NCBI GenBank assembly: GCA_023957375.1
Contig: JAMLHB010000001.1
Span: 898,245 to 962,244, forward strand
DNA: 64,000 nucleotides
Direction: 5' to 3'
From: Flavobacteriales bacterium
Lineage (GTDB): Bacteria > Bacteroidota > Bacteroidia > Flavobacteriales_F > PHOS-HE28
The translations under genes were made by a program, and so were the position numbers. Shown here one piece after another: positions 49,777 to 60,800 of the stretch (positions within the stretch are counted from its first letter, which is position 1; each line of letters opens with the position of its first letter). Under the pieces are notes generated by a model. The model made no database searches and was not told the origin of the DNA. It was given only the letters and a program-made list of their open reading frames with translations.

Positions 49777-52239
49777 ATGAACAAGTTGCATGTCCCACCG
49801 GTCCGCCTGGCCTGGATCCCGTTGATGCTCATCATGGCAAGTTCCGCGCTTGCGCAGGAAAACGGTGACGGCTGGCCCCTGGTATTCACTTCAGGCACGG
49901 ACCAAGTGCAGGTCTTCAAGCCGCAGCCTGAATCCTTTGATGGAACCAGCTTTACTGCACGGGCCGCTGTGGCGCTGCAACGCAGCGGTGACAACACACC
50001 GGTTTTCGGGGCTATCTGGGGCAACGGGGTATTGGCCGTGGACCGGAGCAACCGCATGGGCACGCTCACCTCGTTCAAAGTGACCGATGCGCGCTTCCCG
50101 GGCATCACGGACGCTGCGGAGGTCGCCCGGATAAAGGACATGCTGTCAGCAGGCATCCTTGCTCATGCAGCTCCGGTCGCCATGGATTGGATGGTGGCAG
50201 CCCTGGAGGAGGAAAAGCTTAGCACCGCCTCTTATGACAATGCGCCTCCGGCGATCATTTACAAGGATAAGCCGGCCATCCTGCTGTACATCGATGGCGA
50301 CCCCATCTATGAGCCAGTGAAATCCAATGCAACAAACGCGGACCCGGTATATGCCCAGGCGGCGCCCCAATTGGAACGCATTGTAAACTCGCCTTTCCTG
50401 GTCGTGCGGCCGAAGGGCGGCGATAATTGGCTCTACGGTTCAGGCACTTGGTTCTCTGCACGCAACATCCAGGGACCTTGGGCCTACCAAAAGAAAGCCC
50501 CCGACTACTTGGATGCTTTGGCCAAGCAAGTGGACACCGCCAAGGCGACCCCACGCACGGACGGCATCATCCCTGAAGTGGTGGTGAGCACCAAGCCCGC
50601 CGTGCTGCTGGACGTGAACGGCGCCCCACAGATGCAGCCCTATGACAACAGTTCATTGATGTACGTGACCAACACGGACAAGGACCTGTTCATGTACATT
50701 CCCACACAGGAATACTACTTCCTGGCCTCAGGCCGCTGGTACGCCACCAAAGACCTCCGGAACGGGCCTTGGCGCTATGTGGCGCCGGAAGACCTGCCTG
50801 CGGATTTCGCCCAGGTACCCGAGGGATCGGCCAAGGACGGTATTCTGGCGCACGTGGCCGGAACCCCCGCTGCACGGGAAGCGGTACGCGATGCCAGCAT
50901 TCCCCAAACCGCCCAAGTGGACCGCCGCTCCGCCACGGTGAACGCGACCTACGACGGAGCCCCGAAGTTTGAACGGATCGCGGGCACCTCTGTGTATTCG
51001 GCGCGTAATGCGAGCACAACGGTGCTGTTGATCAACGGATCGTACCATGTGTGCGACAATGCGGTGTGGTACGAAGGCAGCACGCCGGACGGTCCCTGGA
51101 CGGTGAGCACCCAAGTGCCTGCGGAAGTGAACCAGATCCCCCCGTCCGACCCGGCCTACCGGGTGCGCTACGTGTATATCTATGACTACACGCCCGACGT
51201 GGTATACATCGGCTACACGCCCGGCTACCTGGGCAGCTACGTGCAGTCCGGCGTAGTGATCTACGGTACCGGCTATTACTACGACCCGTGGCGGGGGGCC
51301 TACTGGTACCCGCGCCCGTACACCTGGGGGTTCAACATGTATTACAATCCATGGTACGGCTGGGGGTTCGGGGCCGCCTGGGGATATAGCTGGTTCTATC
51401 CTTCGTGGAACTACTACGGCTACTACCGCCCCTACTCCTGGGGTTGGTGGGGGCCATACGGCTATTGCCCGTCCTGGTATGGCCATTGGTACAAACCCGA
51501 CCATCACGGGAACGGATATTATTACGGTCATCGCCCAGGCATGTCGGGCAGCAGCGGAAACGGCCGTTCCATAGGCAACGCCATCGCGGCCAACCGCACC
51601 GACCTGTACAACAACCACCGGGTACCCGGCGTTACCGCAGCCCAGGCAGCGCGCCCCGCGCAAGACCGGAATACAGGCCAAGTGCAGCGCCCTGCCACAG
51701 GCTTGGCAGACAGGAACAACGCCACCATGAAGCCCATGCAGGGCGATTACTTCACCGATAGCAAGGGCAACATTTACCGGACCGAGAACGGACGCACGGA
51801 ACAGCTGTATGAAGGGCGCTGGAATGCCGTGCCCGCCCAGGTACCCGGCGGGAAAACGCCGCTGCCCAATGGGACCTTGGACCGCTCCGGCAACCTTCAA
51901 CGGGAAGCCCAGCCGCAAACGGCCCCACCGGTACAACGGGACAATACGCTGCCTGGCCGGGAGAGGCCGGGCGTTCCACAGCAAGTGCCGGGTACAAACC
52001 GCAACGACAACCCTTGGATCATTCAACAGGAACGGTCACGCGGGGAACAGCGCGTCAATGACTTCAGGGGCTACGAGGAGCAGCGGCGGAACATCATGCG
52101 GCAACCCGAGGCACCGCGCACCTCCCCGGCGCCATCCAGGCCAGCTGCACCGCAGATGCGCACACCCTCCCCGTCGATCAGCAGGCCTGCCTCGCCAGGT
52201 GGTGGTGGAGGAAGCGCTCCGACCCGCAGGCCTCGGTAA
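49777..52239 (+). CDS. hypothetical secreted protein with extreme Trp/Tyr/Gly-rich segment and Pro/Arg/Gln-rich tail
   Basis: Signal peptide (LAWIPLMLIMASSALAQ) from ATG 49777. Approx aa 480-600 is W/Y/G/P-rich (YWYPRPYTWGFNMYYNPWYGWGFGAAWGYSWFYPSWNYYGYYRPYSWGWWGPYGY). No recognisable catalytic motif. Confidence 0.6.
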   Translation: MNKLHVPPVRLAWIPLMLIMASSALAQENGDGWPLVFTSGTDQVQVFKPQPESFDGTSFTARAAVALQRSGDNTPVFGAIWGNGVLAVDRSNRMGTLTSFKVTDARFPGITDAAEVARIKDMLSAGILAHAAPVAMDWMVAALEEEKLSTASYDNAPPAIIYKDKPAILLYIDGDPIYEPVKSNATNADPVYAQAAPQLERIVNSPFLVVRPKGGDNWLYGSGTWFSARNIQGPWAYQKKAPDYLDALAKQVDTAKATPRTDGIIPEVVVSTKPAVLLDVNGAPQMQPYDNSSLMYVTNTDKDLFMYIPTQEYYFLASGRWYATKDLRNGPWRYVAPEDLPADFAQVPEGSAKDGILAHVAGTPAAREAVRDASIPQTAQVDRRSATVNATYDGAPKFERIAGTSVYSARNASTTVLLINGSYHVCDNAVWYEGSTPDGPWTVSTQVPAEVNQIPPSDPAYRVRYVYIYDYTPDVVYIGYTPGYLGSYVQSGVVIYGTGYYYDPWRGAYWYPRPYTWGFNMYYNPWYGWGFGAAWGYSWFYPSWNYYGYYRPYSWGWWGPYGYCPSWYGHWYKPDHHGNGYYYGHRPGMSGSSGNGRSIGNAIAANRTDLYNNHRVPGVTAAQAARPAQDRNTGQVQRPATGLADRNNATMKPMQGDYFTDSKGNIYRTENGRTEQLYEGRWNAVPAQVPGGKTPLPNGTLDRSGNLQREAQPQTAPPVQRDNTLPGRERPGVPQQVPGTNRNDNPWIIQQERSRGEQRVNDFRGYEEQRRNIMRQPEAPRTSPAPSRPAAPQMRTPSPSISRPASPGGGGGSAPTRRPR

Positions 52240-52313
52240 CCCGCCGTTCAGGTCTTTTGGGACCGCGGAGACCGGCGCATCACCATTTTTGCCTGCTCGC
52301 ACAGCAGCGGAAA

Positions 52314-53363
52314 ATGGATACGGCAGTGGTGATCCTCAACTGGAACGGTCGACGTTGGCTGGATCAGTTCCTGCCCGTTGTTGTGGCCCACAGTGCGGCA
52401 GATGCCCGGGTGATCGTGGCCGACAATGGGAGTACGGATGATTCCATCGCTTGGGTGCACAAGCACCAACCGGGTGTGGAAGTGATCGCCATGCCGGAGA
52501 ACCAAGGCTTTGCGGGCGGTTACAACGCTGCGTTGGAGCAGGTGAATGCGAAGTATTTCATCCTGCTGAACTCCGATGTGGAGGTTACCCCCGGTTGGAT
52601 CGGGGCCTTGCGCAGCCACATGGAACAACGCCCCCGCATGGCGGCTTGCCAGCCCAAGATGCTCAGCTTTGACCACCGGGGCCGGTTTGAACATGCAGGG
52701 GCTGCCGGTGGATTCATCGACCGCAACGGCTACCCGTTCTGCCGCGGCCGCATTTTCGACATCACGGAGGAGGATCGCGGCCAGTACGACAATGACCGCG
52801 AGGTGTTCTGGGCGACCGGCGCCTGCCTGATGATCCGCGCAGAAGCATTCCGCGAGGCCGGTGGTTTTGATGCGCGCCTGTTTGCCCACATGGAAGAGAT
52901 CGACCTGTGTTGGAATTTGCGCCGCCGAGGCTGGACGATCGGCTACACGGCCTCGGCCACGGCCTTCCACGTTGGTGGCGGGGCATTGGGCTACGGGCAT
53001 CCGCGCAAAACCTTCCTGAACTTCCGCAACAGCCTGGCGGTGCTCACCAAGCACCTGCGGTCGCGCTGGATCTTCGCACGCATCCTCCACCGCCTGGTGC
53101 TCGATGGATTTGCCGCACTGAAGTTCCTGCTGGAAGGCCATGCAGCCCACGCTTGGCAAGTGTTCCGCGCGCACGGCCAATTCTACTGCTGGTTGCCCGC
53201 CCTGCTCCGCGACCGCAGGGAACTGGAACGCGTTGCGCATAACACCGATCTTACCGGCATGTACCACCGCAGCATCGCCTTCGACCGCTACATCAAGGGT
53301 TGGCGCACCTTCGGCCAGTTGGATGCACGCGCCTTCGATCAGGCTTGGCGGCGCAGGAGGTGA
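52314..53363 (+). CDS. family 2 glycosyltransferase
   Basis: VVILNWNG, DNGSTD, GFAGGYN and the DxD-like NSDVEV motif. Confidence 0.8.
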   Translation: MDTAVVILNWNGRRWLDQFLPVVVAHSAADARVIVADNGSTDDSIAWVHKHQPGVEVIAMPENQGFAGGYNAALEQVNAKYFILLNSDVEVTPGWIGALRSHMEQRPRMAACQPKMLSFDHRGRFEHAGAAGGFIDRNGYPFCRGRIFDITEEDRGQYDNDREVFWATGACLMIRAEAFREAGGFDARLFAHMEEIDLCWNLRRRGWTIGYTASATAFHVGGGALGYGHPRKTFLNFRNSLAVLTKHLRSRWIFARILHRLVLDGFAALKFLLEGHAAHAWQVFRAHGQFYCWLPALLRDRRELERVAHNTDLTGMYHRSIAFDRYIKGWRTFGQLDARAFDQAWRRRR

Positions 53364-53764
53364 TCCACCGCCAAGCGGTAGCCCTCCATGCCAAAACCGC
53401 TGATCACCCCGGCACAGTGCACGGCGGTGAGCGAGCGAAGGCGGAAATCCTCCCTGCCATGAAGGTTGCTCAAATGCACCTCCACCACGGGCACCTTCAA
53501 CATCGCCAAGGCGTCGCGGAGGGCGACACTGGTGTGGGTGTAACCGCCGGGGTTCAGCACCACCCCCTGGCTTTCCACATCCGCTGCGCGCAAGGCCTCG
53601 ATCAACTCCCCCTCGTGGTTGCTTTGGAACAGTTCAAACCGGTGGTCCGGCCAGGCCTGCTGCAACTCATGCACCAGATCGGGGAAGGCGAGCGTGCCGT
53701 ACACCTCCGGTTCGCGTGTGCCCACGAGGTCCAGGTTGGGTCCGTTGATGATGCGTATCAGCAT
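53339..53764 (-). CDS. aroQ: type II 3-dehydroquinate dehydratase
   Basis: MLIRIINGPNLDLVGTREPEVYG, HEGE and NPGGYTHTS motifs. Confidence 0.9.
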   Translation of the reverse strand: MLIRIINGPNLDLVGTREPEVYGTLAFPDLVHELQQAWPDHRFELFQSNHEGELIEALRAADVESQGVVLNPGGYTHTSVALRDALAMLKVPVVEVHLSNLHGREDFRLRSLTAVHCAGVISGFGMEGYRLAVDHLLRRQA

Positions 53765-53829
53765 GGCGATGCGCAAAAATGGGCATTGCGGCGGATCTGT
53801 GGCGTGTGCCCGTGCCGGAACTTTGCCGC

Positions 53830-54741
53830 ATGAAGTGGGATCATGCCCTGACGGGATTCCGCACCTACCTTAAATTGGAACGGGCATTGAGCGCCCGCAC
53901 CGTGGAGGCTTACCTGCGCGATGTGGGCAAGCTCCGTGCCTATGCCGAAGCGCAACAACCCGCCATCGCCCCGCAGGCCTTACAGCTGGAAGATCTGCAG
54001 GCCTTTGTGGCCGCCCAAGCCAAGCAGGGCTTGATGGCCACCAGCCAAGCGCGCCTCTTGAGCGCGGTACGGATGTTCCACAAAAGCCTGCTGATCGATG
54101 GGCAGATCAGTGCCGACCCCTCCGAACTGCTGGAGAGCCCGCGTACCGGCAGGCACCTGCCCGACTTTCTCTCCGTGGAGGAGATCGACGCCATGGTACA
54201 GGCCATCGACATGGCCAGGCCGCTTGCCCACCGGGACCGTGCCATGCTGGAAACCCTGTACGGCTGCGGATTGCGCGTGAGCGAGCTCTGCGGATTGCAC
54301 ATCAGCAAACTGCATTTCGAGGAGGGGTTTATCCGCGTGGTGGGCAAGGGCGACAAGGAGCGTTTAGTGCCCATCGGGCCGGAGGCCATGCACCAAATAG
54401 GCATTTACCGCACTGCGGAGCGGATCCACTTGCCCGCACAACCCAAAGCTGCGGATGTGCTTTTCCTCAACGCACGCGGAGGCGCCCTTTCGCGTGTTTC
54501 CGTATTCAAGCTGGTGAAGGCGTTGGCCGCCAAAGCGGGGATCCGCAAGGCGATCAGCCCCCACACCTTCCGCCATTCCTTCGCCACGCACTTGGTGGAG
54601 GGTGGCGCCGATCTGCGCGCGGTGCAGGAAATGCTGGGGCACGCCAGCATCACCACCACCGAGATCTACACCCATCTGGACCGCGAGTACCTGCGCAGCA
54701 ACATCATGCGCTTCCATCCGCGCGCCAAGGCTGTCCGCTAA
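53830..54741 (+). CDS. xerD: site-specific tyrosine recombinase XerD
   Basis: N-terminal SAM-like domain. Catalytic R...HxxR...Y (LRVSEL, HTFRHSFATHL, TEIYTHL). Confidence 0.85.
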   Translation: MKWDHALTGFRTYLKLERALSARTVEAYLRDVGKLRAYAEAQQPAIAPQALQLEDLQAFVAAQAKQGLMATSQARLLSAVRMFHKSLLIDGQISADPSELLESPRTGRHLPDFLSVEEIDAMVQAIDMARPLAHRDRAMLETLYGCGLRVSELCGLHISKLHFEEGFIRVVGKGDKERLVPIGPEAMHQIGIYRTAERIHLPAQPKAADVLFLNARGGALSRVSVFKLVKALAAKAGIRKAISPHTFRHSFATHLVEGGADLRAVQEMLGHASITTTEIYTHLDREYLRSNIMRFHPRAKAVR

Positions 54742-57173
54742 CGAACCACCACGAACGGGGTGCGTGCACCCTGGCCACCGCCCTGTGGGCGTGCCAACAA
54801 CGTGTAGGTGCCCGCCGCCAAGGCCGATATATCCACTTCCACCGTGCCGCCCTGGTCCACGTTCCTGTACACCTGCATTTCAATGCCCCCTTGGATGTTG
54901 TACACCGTGTATTGCAACAGGCCCTGCATGCGGGCCGCCGAAACCTGCAACCGCTCCGAGGCTGGCACCGGGAACACCCGCAGCACGGTACTTGTGGGCT
55001 CTGCTTCGGCCACGCCCACGAAGGTGCCTTTGCCGAATGCATACTGACCGCGCCGCAGCACGTCCAGGGTGATGTAGCCTGACCCATTGGTCAGCGGCCC
55101 CGCGCTCACGGTCTGGTCCGCATAGATCTCCCATGGAGCGGACGCATCCGGCCGATAGAGCAGCATGACCCCCGTTTCGTCCGTTCCCAAGAGATCATGG
55201 TCCAGTGAGCTTGGGGATTGTCCCGCATAGGTCAGGCGGCCTTGCAGCTGGGTTCCTTCGGGCCAGAGGCCATCCACGATCCAGTAATGTGAACCACTGA
55301 TCTCGTCGATACCGGTGCCCAGATCCTCCTCTGGCGCGGCCCAGATATGCTCGAAACGGACCAGTGCGGTATCGGGCAGTTGCACCACGTACATCTGGAA
55401 ATCGACCCGGGGTTGCGATTGTGGCGCGGTGGTGCCAGGCACCAGGGTGCGTTCAAAGTCCATCCGCGCTTGGTTAAGCCGGTTATGCCCGTTGAGCACC
55501 GCCATCACCGGTTCAAAATCGCAGGCCAGCGCCAGCTCGGTGTACTCTCCACCCACCGTCATCCGGTATTCCTGCTGTTGCCCTTGAGCCCCCACCAAGG
55601 TGATGTCCAACGGCACCTGCTGGTGGAACACCGTGGTGCCGCGCAGCTTTTGCCTCACCTGCAGATCAACGCTCCATTCGGCCCCGCTCGGCTGGGAGGA
55701 CATGTTCTGTACCACGAATACGGAAAACCCCGGTGCGAAAACCTGGTCGGTAAAAAAGGGGTGCAGGTCGTAACCCGTGGCGGTCTCCAGGGCATCGCGG
55801 AACCCGGCAGCATCCAAGGTGGAGTACGCATGGGCGGCCTGTACTGCCTGCAAGCCTTGGCTGAACAGCGTATCGCCGAGGTAGCCGCGCAGGTTGTGCA
55901 TCACGGCAGCACCTTTGTAGTAGGTGGTAAGGCCATAGATGTACGGATCGGGCATGGGCGACAGGGGCTGGAACCCGCCGTCCTGGATGTGCGCATTCTT
56001 CAGCACATAAAGCTGGTTGTCCTTTACGGCATTCACGAAGGCAGCAGGCCCCCCCAACCATTCCTCCACCAAGTGACCGCTGTACTCGGCCGGGCCTTCC
56101 TTCAGCCACATGTCCTGCTGGGTGCGCGGGGTCACCATGTCGCCCCACCAGTGGTGGCCCAGCTCATGGGTGAGCAGTGCCCTGTTCTGCGGCACGCTTT
56201 GCGAAGGCATGAAATCCGGGTAGGCAATGTTGGTGGGTATCTCCAAGGCGCCATCGGTGGTGAGCACGTAGCCCACGCGTTGCCACCCATAGGGTCCGTA
56301 CCAGTGCTGGCAGGCGTCGATGGCGGCGCCCACGTCCACCATTTTAGCCGCCATGGCCGCCAGCTTGTTCGGCTTGGCCGTGAGGCGCACCGGAACATCA
56401 CCGTATGCCCCGGTGTGCACATAGTTGCTATCGCGGTAGTCCGCCACCGCAATGGCCGAGAGGTGCGTGGGGATGGGCTGGTCCAGGGCAAAGGAGCGTA
56501 TCACGGTATCGCCGCCCAATTGCACCTCGCCCAGGAAATCACCCTGGCCATGGGCGCGGAAGGTGCCAGCACTCTTCACATGGTAGGTGTAGGTGGCACG
56601 TTCCACGAATGAATCGAAGCAGGGGTACCACACCTTGCCGAAATTGGGCGGAATGGAGGCGATGCCGATGCCGAGGTTGTAGATGTAGCCGCTTTCGAAA
56701 TAGAACCCGCCCCAGTCCGGGTCGCGGTGCGGATGGCCGTGGTAGTATACGGTAAGCTCGGCGGTATCCCCTACTGTCGGCGGCGCAGGGAAGTTCACGC
56801 GCAAGTGCATGGTGTCCTGGCTGAAGGCGAGTGGACCTTCGGATGAAATGACCGAATCCACTTGCAGGTCCCACAGCTCAAAGCGGATGAACGACTGATT
56901 GGCCATCAAGGGAACAAAGCGCACGGTGGTGGCGGCCTTCAACTGTTGCCCGGCATAATCGGTAACGTCGATGGCGATGTCGTAATGCAAGATGTCGAAG
57001 GTGTCACTGCGGGCGATGATGTCGTCGATCAGGGCGCGTTGGGCGGGGGTGGGCGCGGCAGGCGCGGAAGGATGGTTGCGGAAGTAGTGGCAGCCGTATT
57101 GGAAGGGTTGGGCGTGTGCTCCAGCTACGGCCATCACCACGGCAGAAAAGGCGATCAAGTAGTTCTTCCGCAT
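54738..57173 (-). CDS. M1 family metallopeptidase (aminopeptidase N-like) with T9SS type A C-terminal sorting domain
   Basis: Signal peptide. HELGHHWWGD with a downstream E (gluzincin). C-terminal LQYTVYNIQGG...GTYTLLARPQ Por-tail. Confidence 0.85.
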   Translation of the reverse strand: MRKNYLIAFSAVVMAVAGAHAQPFQYGCHYFRNHPSAPAAPTPAQRALIDDIIARSDTFDILHYDIAIDVTDYAGQQLKAATTVRFVPLMANQSFIRFELWDLQVDSVISSEGPLAFSQDTMHLRVNFPAPPTVGDTAELTVYYHGHPHRDPDWGGFYFESGYIYNLGIGIASIPPNFGKVWYPCFDSFVERATYTYHVKSAGTFRAHGQGDFLGEVQLGGDTVIRSFALDQPIPTHLSAIAVADYRDSNYVHTGAYGDVPVRLTAKPNKLAAMAAKMVDVGAAIDACQHWYGPYGWQRVGYVLTTDGALEIPTNIAYPDFMPSQSVPQNRALLTHELGHHWWGDMVTPRTQQDMWLKEGPAEYSGHLVEEWLGGPAAFVNAVKDNQLYVLKNAHIQDGGFQPLSPMPDPYIYGLTTYYKGAAVMHNLRGYLGDTLFSQGLQAVQAAHAYSTLDAAGFRDALETATGYDLHPFFTDQVFAPGFSVFVVQNMSSQPSGAEWSVDLQVRQKLRGTTVFHQQVPLDITLVGAQGQQQEYRMTVGGEYTELALACDFEPVMAVLNGHNRLNQARMDFERTLVPGTTAPQSQPRVDFQMYVVQLPDTALVRFEHIWAAPEEDLGTGIDEISGSHYWIVDGLWPEGTQLQGRLTYAGQSPSSLDHDLLGTDETGVMLLYRPDASAPWEIYADQTVSAGPLTNGSGYITLDVLRRGQYAFGKGTFVGVAEAEPTSTVLRVFPVPASERLQVSAARMQGLLQYTVYNIQGGIEMQVYRNVDQGGTVEVDISALAAGTYTLLARPQGGGQGARTPFVVVR

Positions 57174-57384
57174 GGCGGAACAGGTTTGTTGGATGCCCCG
57201 AAACTACACCAAGCGCACATGCCGACTCCTGTGCCTTCTTATTGGCGGTGCGCCCAACCCATCCAACGGGAATCCAGACCGGGATTGCCATTGTGCTGAA
57301 CGGCTGGCCAATGCCCGCGGCCTTGGCCTTCTCCGCAAATTGGTATCTTCAGCCAAAATCGGACACGGTAATCCCTTTGAAGAA

Positions 57385-57663
57385 ATGCTCTGCCCCGAAT
57401 GCCAAGCCAAGAACAAAACCTCCACTGTTTACCTGCGCGGCAGCACCCTCACTGACCTGGGCTATTCGGCCTCCGCACCGGGCCCAGGCGGGCCGCACCT
57501 GCACGACCCCAACGTACTATCCGAGGCCTTTGAGTGCACCAACGGCCACCGCTTCAAGCGCGAAACGCGCAAACCCTGCCCCAAGTGCAGCTATGGCCAT
57601 GGGGAACCGGTGTTCACCATCCTTACGCCCCGGGCCAAATTCCAGCCGGGGGTAACCGAGTGA
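57385..57663 (+). CDS. small hypothetical zinc-ribbon protein
   Basis: 92 aa with CPEC...C.NGH...CPKC (two CxxC pairs); compositionally gene-like. The long ORF-track N-terminus overlaps the peptidase gene, so it is trimmed. Confidence 0.35.
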   Translation: MLCPECQAKNKTSTVYLRGSTLTDLGYSASAPGPGGPHLHDPNVLSEAFECTNGHRFKRETRKPCPKCSYGHGEPVFTILTPRAKFQPGVTE

Positions 57664-57834
57664 GGGCCACATCCGCCTGCCAGGCCTAGCGGAAGCTCCC
57701 TTCCTTGCCGGGCTGGGCGGCCATCCCGGCGTAGCGGAGCTTCAGCTTTTCAACCGGCGCTGAAAACTTTATCCACCCCGGGGTGCTGTTCCCCTGCACC
57801 AAAGCTGGCAGGATTGACGATATTTGTGGGTACA

Positions 57835-60800
57835 ATGGGCATCCTTCGGCCTTCCGCCTGCAAAATCGGTTTGCGCGCCCTTAGGCGTGCAGCATTGGGT
57901 ACGACCTTGTGCATGGCTTTCGCAGCACCTGCGCAGGTGACCATTTTCGCGGAGAACATGGGTACTCCCTCGAGCACCACCTCGGTGAACGCGTACACGG
58001 GTTGGCAGAATGGCGCACCAATCGCTTTTTCCTCCACGGTCAATACGGATGTGCGCACTTCGAATGCCTCAAGTGGCTACACCGGGGCTTCGGGCGGGGG
58101 GAACGTGTTCATGGGCACCTCAAGCGGGAATTTCAAGGACTACATTATCGCAGGAATAAATTCCAACGGTTATAGCAGCCTGACGCTCTCCTTCGGATTG
58201 AGGAGAGATGCCAATCCGGCGAATTCGTTGAACGTTTCCGTGAGCACGGACGGGATTACCTACACGGCCCTTTCCTTCACGGATGTGCCAAGCATCAACA
58301 CGTGGGCCTTGGTAACGGCCACTGGTGCGATACCATCAACAGCAACCTTGTGGATCAAGTTTGACAAGAACAGTACCGCACAATACCGGATCGATGACAT
58401 CAAGCTCACCGGGATCATCTCCGGCCCGATGGTGAACTTCACTGCGGCAACGAGCTCTGCCTCCGAGGGGGCGGGCACAGCCGCGGTAAACCTCTCGATC
58501 AGCCCGGCCACCGTGGCCGCGGGTACCATCACCATCACCATCGGGGGCGGCAGTACGGCCACTTATGGAGCGGGCAACGATTACACCACCACGCCGGCGG
58601 GCCCCACCACCATCACCATCAGCGTGCCTTCAGGCGCCACTGCGGCCAGTTTCACCATCAACCTTATTGACGATGCCGTGGATGAAGGAGCGGACGAAAC
58701 CATTGACTTCAGCATCACAGGCACCACCGGCGGCATCTCCATCGGGGCAGCCTCCACGCACCAGTTCACCATTGTGGAAAACGATTATGTGCCCAAGGTG
58801 AGCTTCGGCACCACCAGTATCAGTGCGCTGGAAGGGGGCGGCGCACAGACCTTCAACATCAATTTCTCCATGCCCCATCCAAGCGGCTTCACCCTTACCA
58901 TCACCGTGACCAACGGGCCTGGTGCGGTATATGGAGCTGGCAATGACTACACCACCAACCCGGTCGGCGGATCAGGCACCTTCATCATCGGGCCATTCAG
59001 CGGCAGTGCCACCGGTGGTTCATTCACCGTCACGCCGCTCACGGACGCCCTGACGGAGTCCACGGAGCAGGTCACCTTTACCATCACGGCGGCCAGCGAC
59101 CCGTCCATCGTAATCGGGCCCAATGCCAGTGCCACGCTCTTCATTGGCGACATCAACTCGCCCCCGGCATTGTTCAATCCCGGCGACCTGGCCATTGTGG
59201 GAGTGAACGCCAACAACAACGCCTGTGAAAGTCCGCCGGGCTCGGCAGGCGACGACTATGTTAGCTTCTTCTGCTTCAAGGAGATCACTTACGGCACGGA
59301 GATCATCATCACGGACAACGGTTATGAACGTTGCAACCCCGGCCAGTGGGGCAACCGGGAAGGCACGGTGCGCATGAAACGGACAGGGACCGCCATCCCG
59401 GCGGGGCAGGTGATCACCTTCCGGATCCAAAACCAAACCGGCCCGACCAATGTGACCTCGGTGGCGCCCGATGCAGCTTGGACCTGCACCAATATCGGCA
59501 TCGGGGGGACCCAAATGGCCCTGAACAACGGGGGCGACCAACTCTTCTTCATGCAAGGGGGCACGTGGAATCCAGGCACTGCGCTCGCCAACAATGCCAC
59601 CTACACCGGCACCATTCTTTTCGCCTTCAGCACCAACCCCAGCCCACCTTGGACCGCTGCATGCGATGCTCCCGAAGGCAATCAGCAGAGCAATCTTCCC
59701 CCGGGGGTGGAATGCTTCAGCATGGCCCCCACTTTGGCCTCCGATTTCAACAAGTACGCGGGGTCCATCACCGCGGCCAGCCAACGCGACTGGATCATCC
59801 GGATAGAAAATGCCGCCAATTGGAATTCCTATGCCAGTTGCCCCCTGTATAGTTCCTCCGGCTACATCTGGCTTACTGCACCCATCCTACCGATCATCGC
59901 CGGCACCATGACGCACGGTCTTTGGCGCGGGGCGATCAACACCGACTGGTTCGAGTGCAAGAACTGGGATGATGCACGCATCCCGGACATCACCACCCCG
60001 GTGGAGATCAACGCCACGGCGATCCGCCATTGCTACGTTGGCATCAGCCCGGGCTTGAATCCGGGGGGCACTGCCACGTGCGCCTCGCTGTGGCAGCATT
60101 TCAGCGGATCCGATGTGATCAAAACCTTGAGCGTGTGGGACAATAGCGCGCTTCAGGTAGCAGGCCTGTTCAAGGTGGAAAACACCACGAGCAATGGGCT
60201 CACCGACCAAGTGATGGCCAATGCCACCCTGAGTGTTGGCTCCGTGGAACTAAACGGTTCAGGCCCGGGGGCCACCAACACCATGCTGCAAGCAACCGCA
60301 GGTGGAGGCCAGATCAATGCCAGCGGCAACCTGACCATTGGCTTCGGGAGCCGATTGGGCCTGCAAGCCGGGCCGCCCAACGCCGGCACGCTGAACTTGG
60401 GCGGTAATTTCATCAACCAAGAAGACGAACTCCATTTTTTAGATGTGTACAGCACGGTGGTGCTGAACGGCACGGTCGATCAATACATCCAGAACGCAAA
60501 TAGTGGCGAATACTTCTACGACCTACGGATCAACAAGCCTAGTGGCGACGTGTACCTGACAGCCCCGATCCTTGTCCGCCACGAACTGGACTTCACCCAA
60601 GGGCGCATGTTCTCCTCCACCGCAGCCTTGCCTACGCTGATGAACGGTGCTTCGGCAGTGGGCGCCAGCGACGCCAGCTTTGTACACGGCCCCATTCAAC
60701 GGATCGGCAACACCGACTTCATCTTCCCCGTCGGCAAGGGCAACAGCTACCGCCCTGCTTCGCTGTCCGGCATCACCGGTGGTGGCAGCGTGGCTTTCAC

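Noticed and set aside
50728-52026. 432-aa minus-strand ORF
   Set aside because: Antisense to the WY-rich protein gene.
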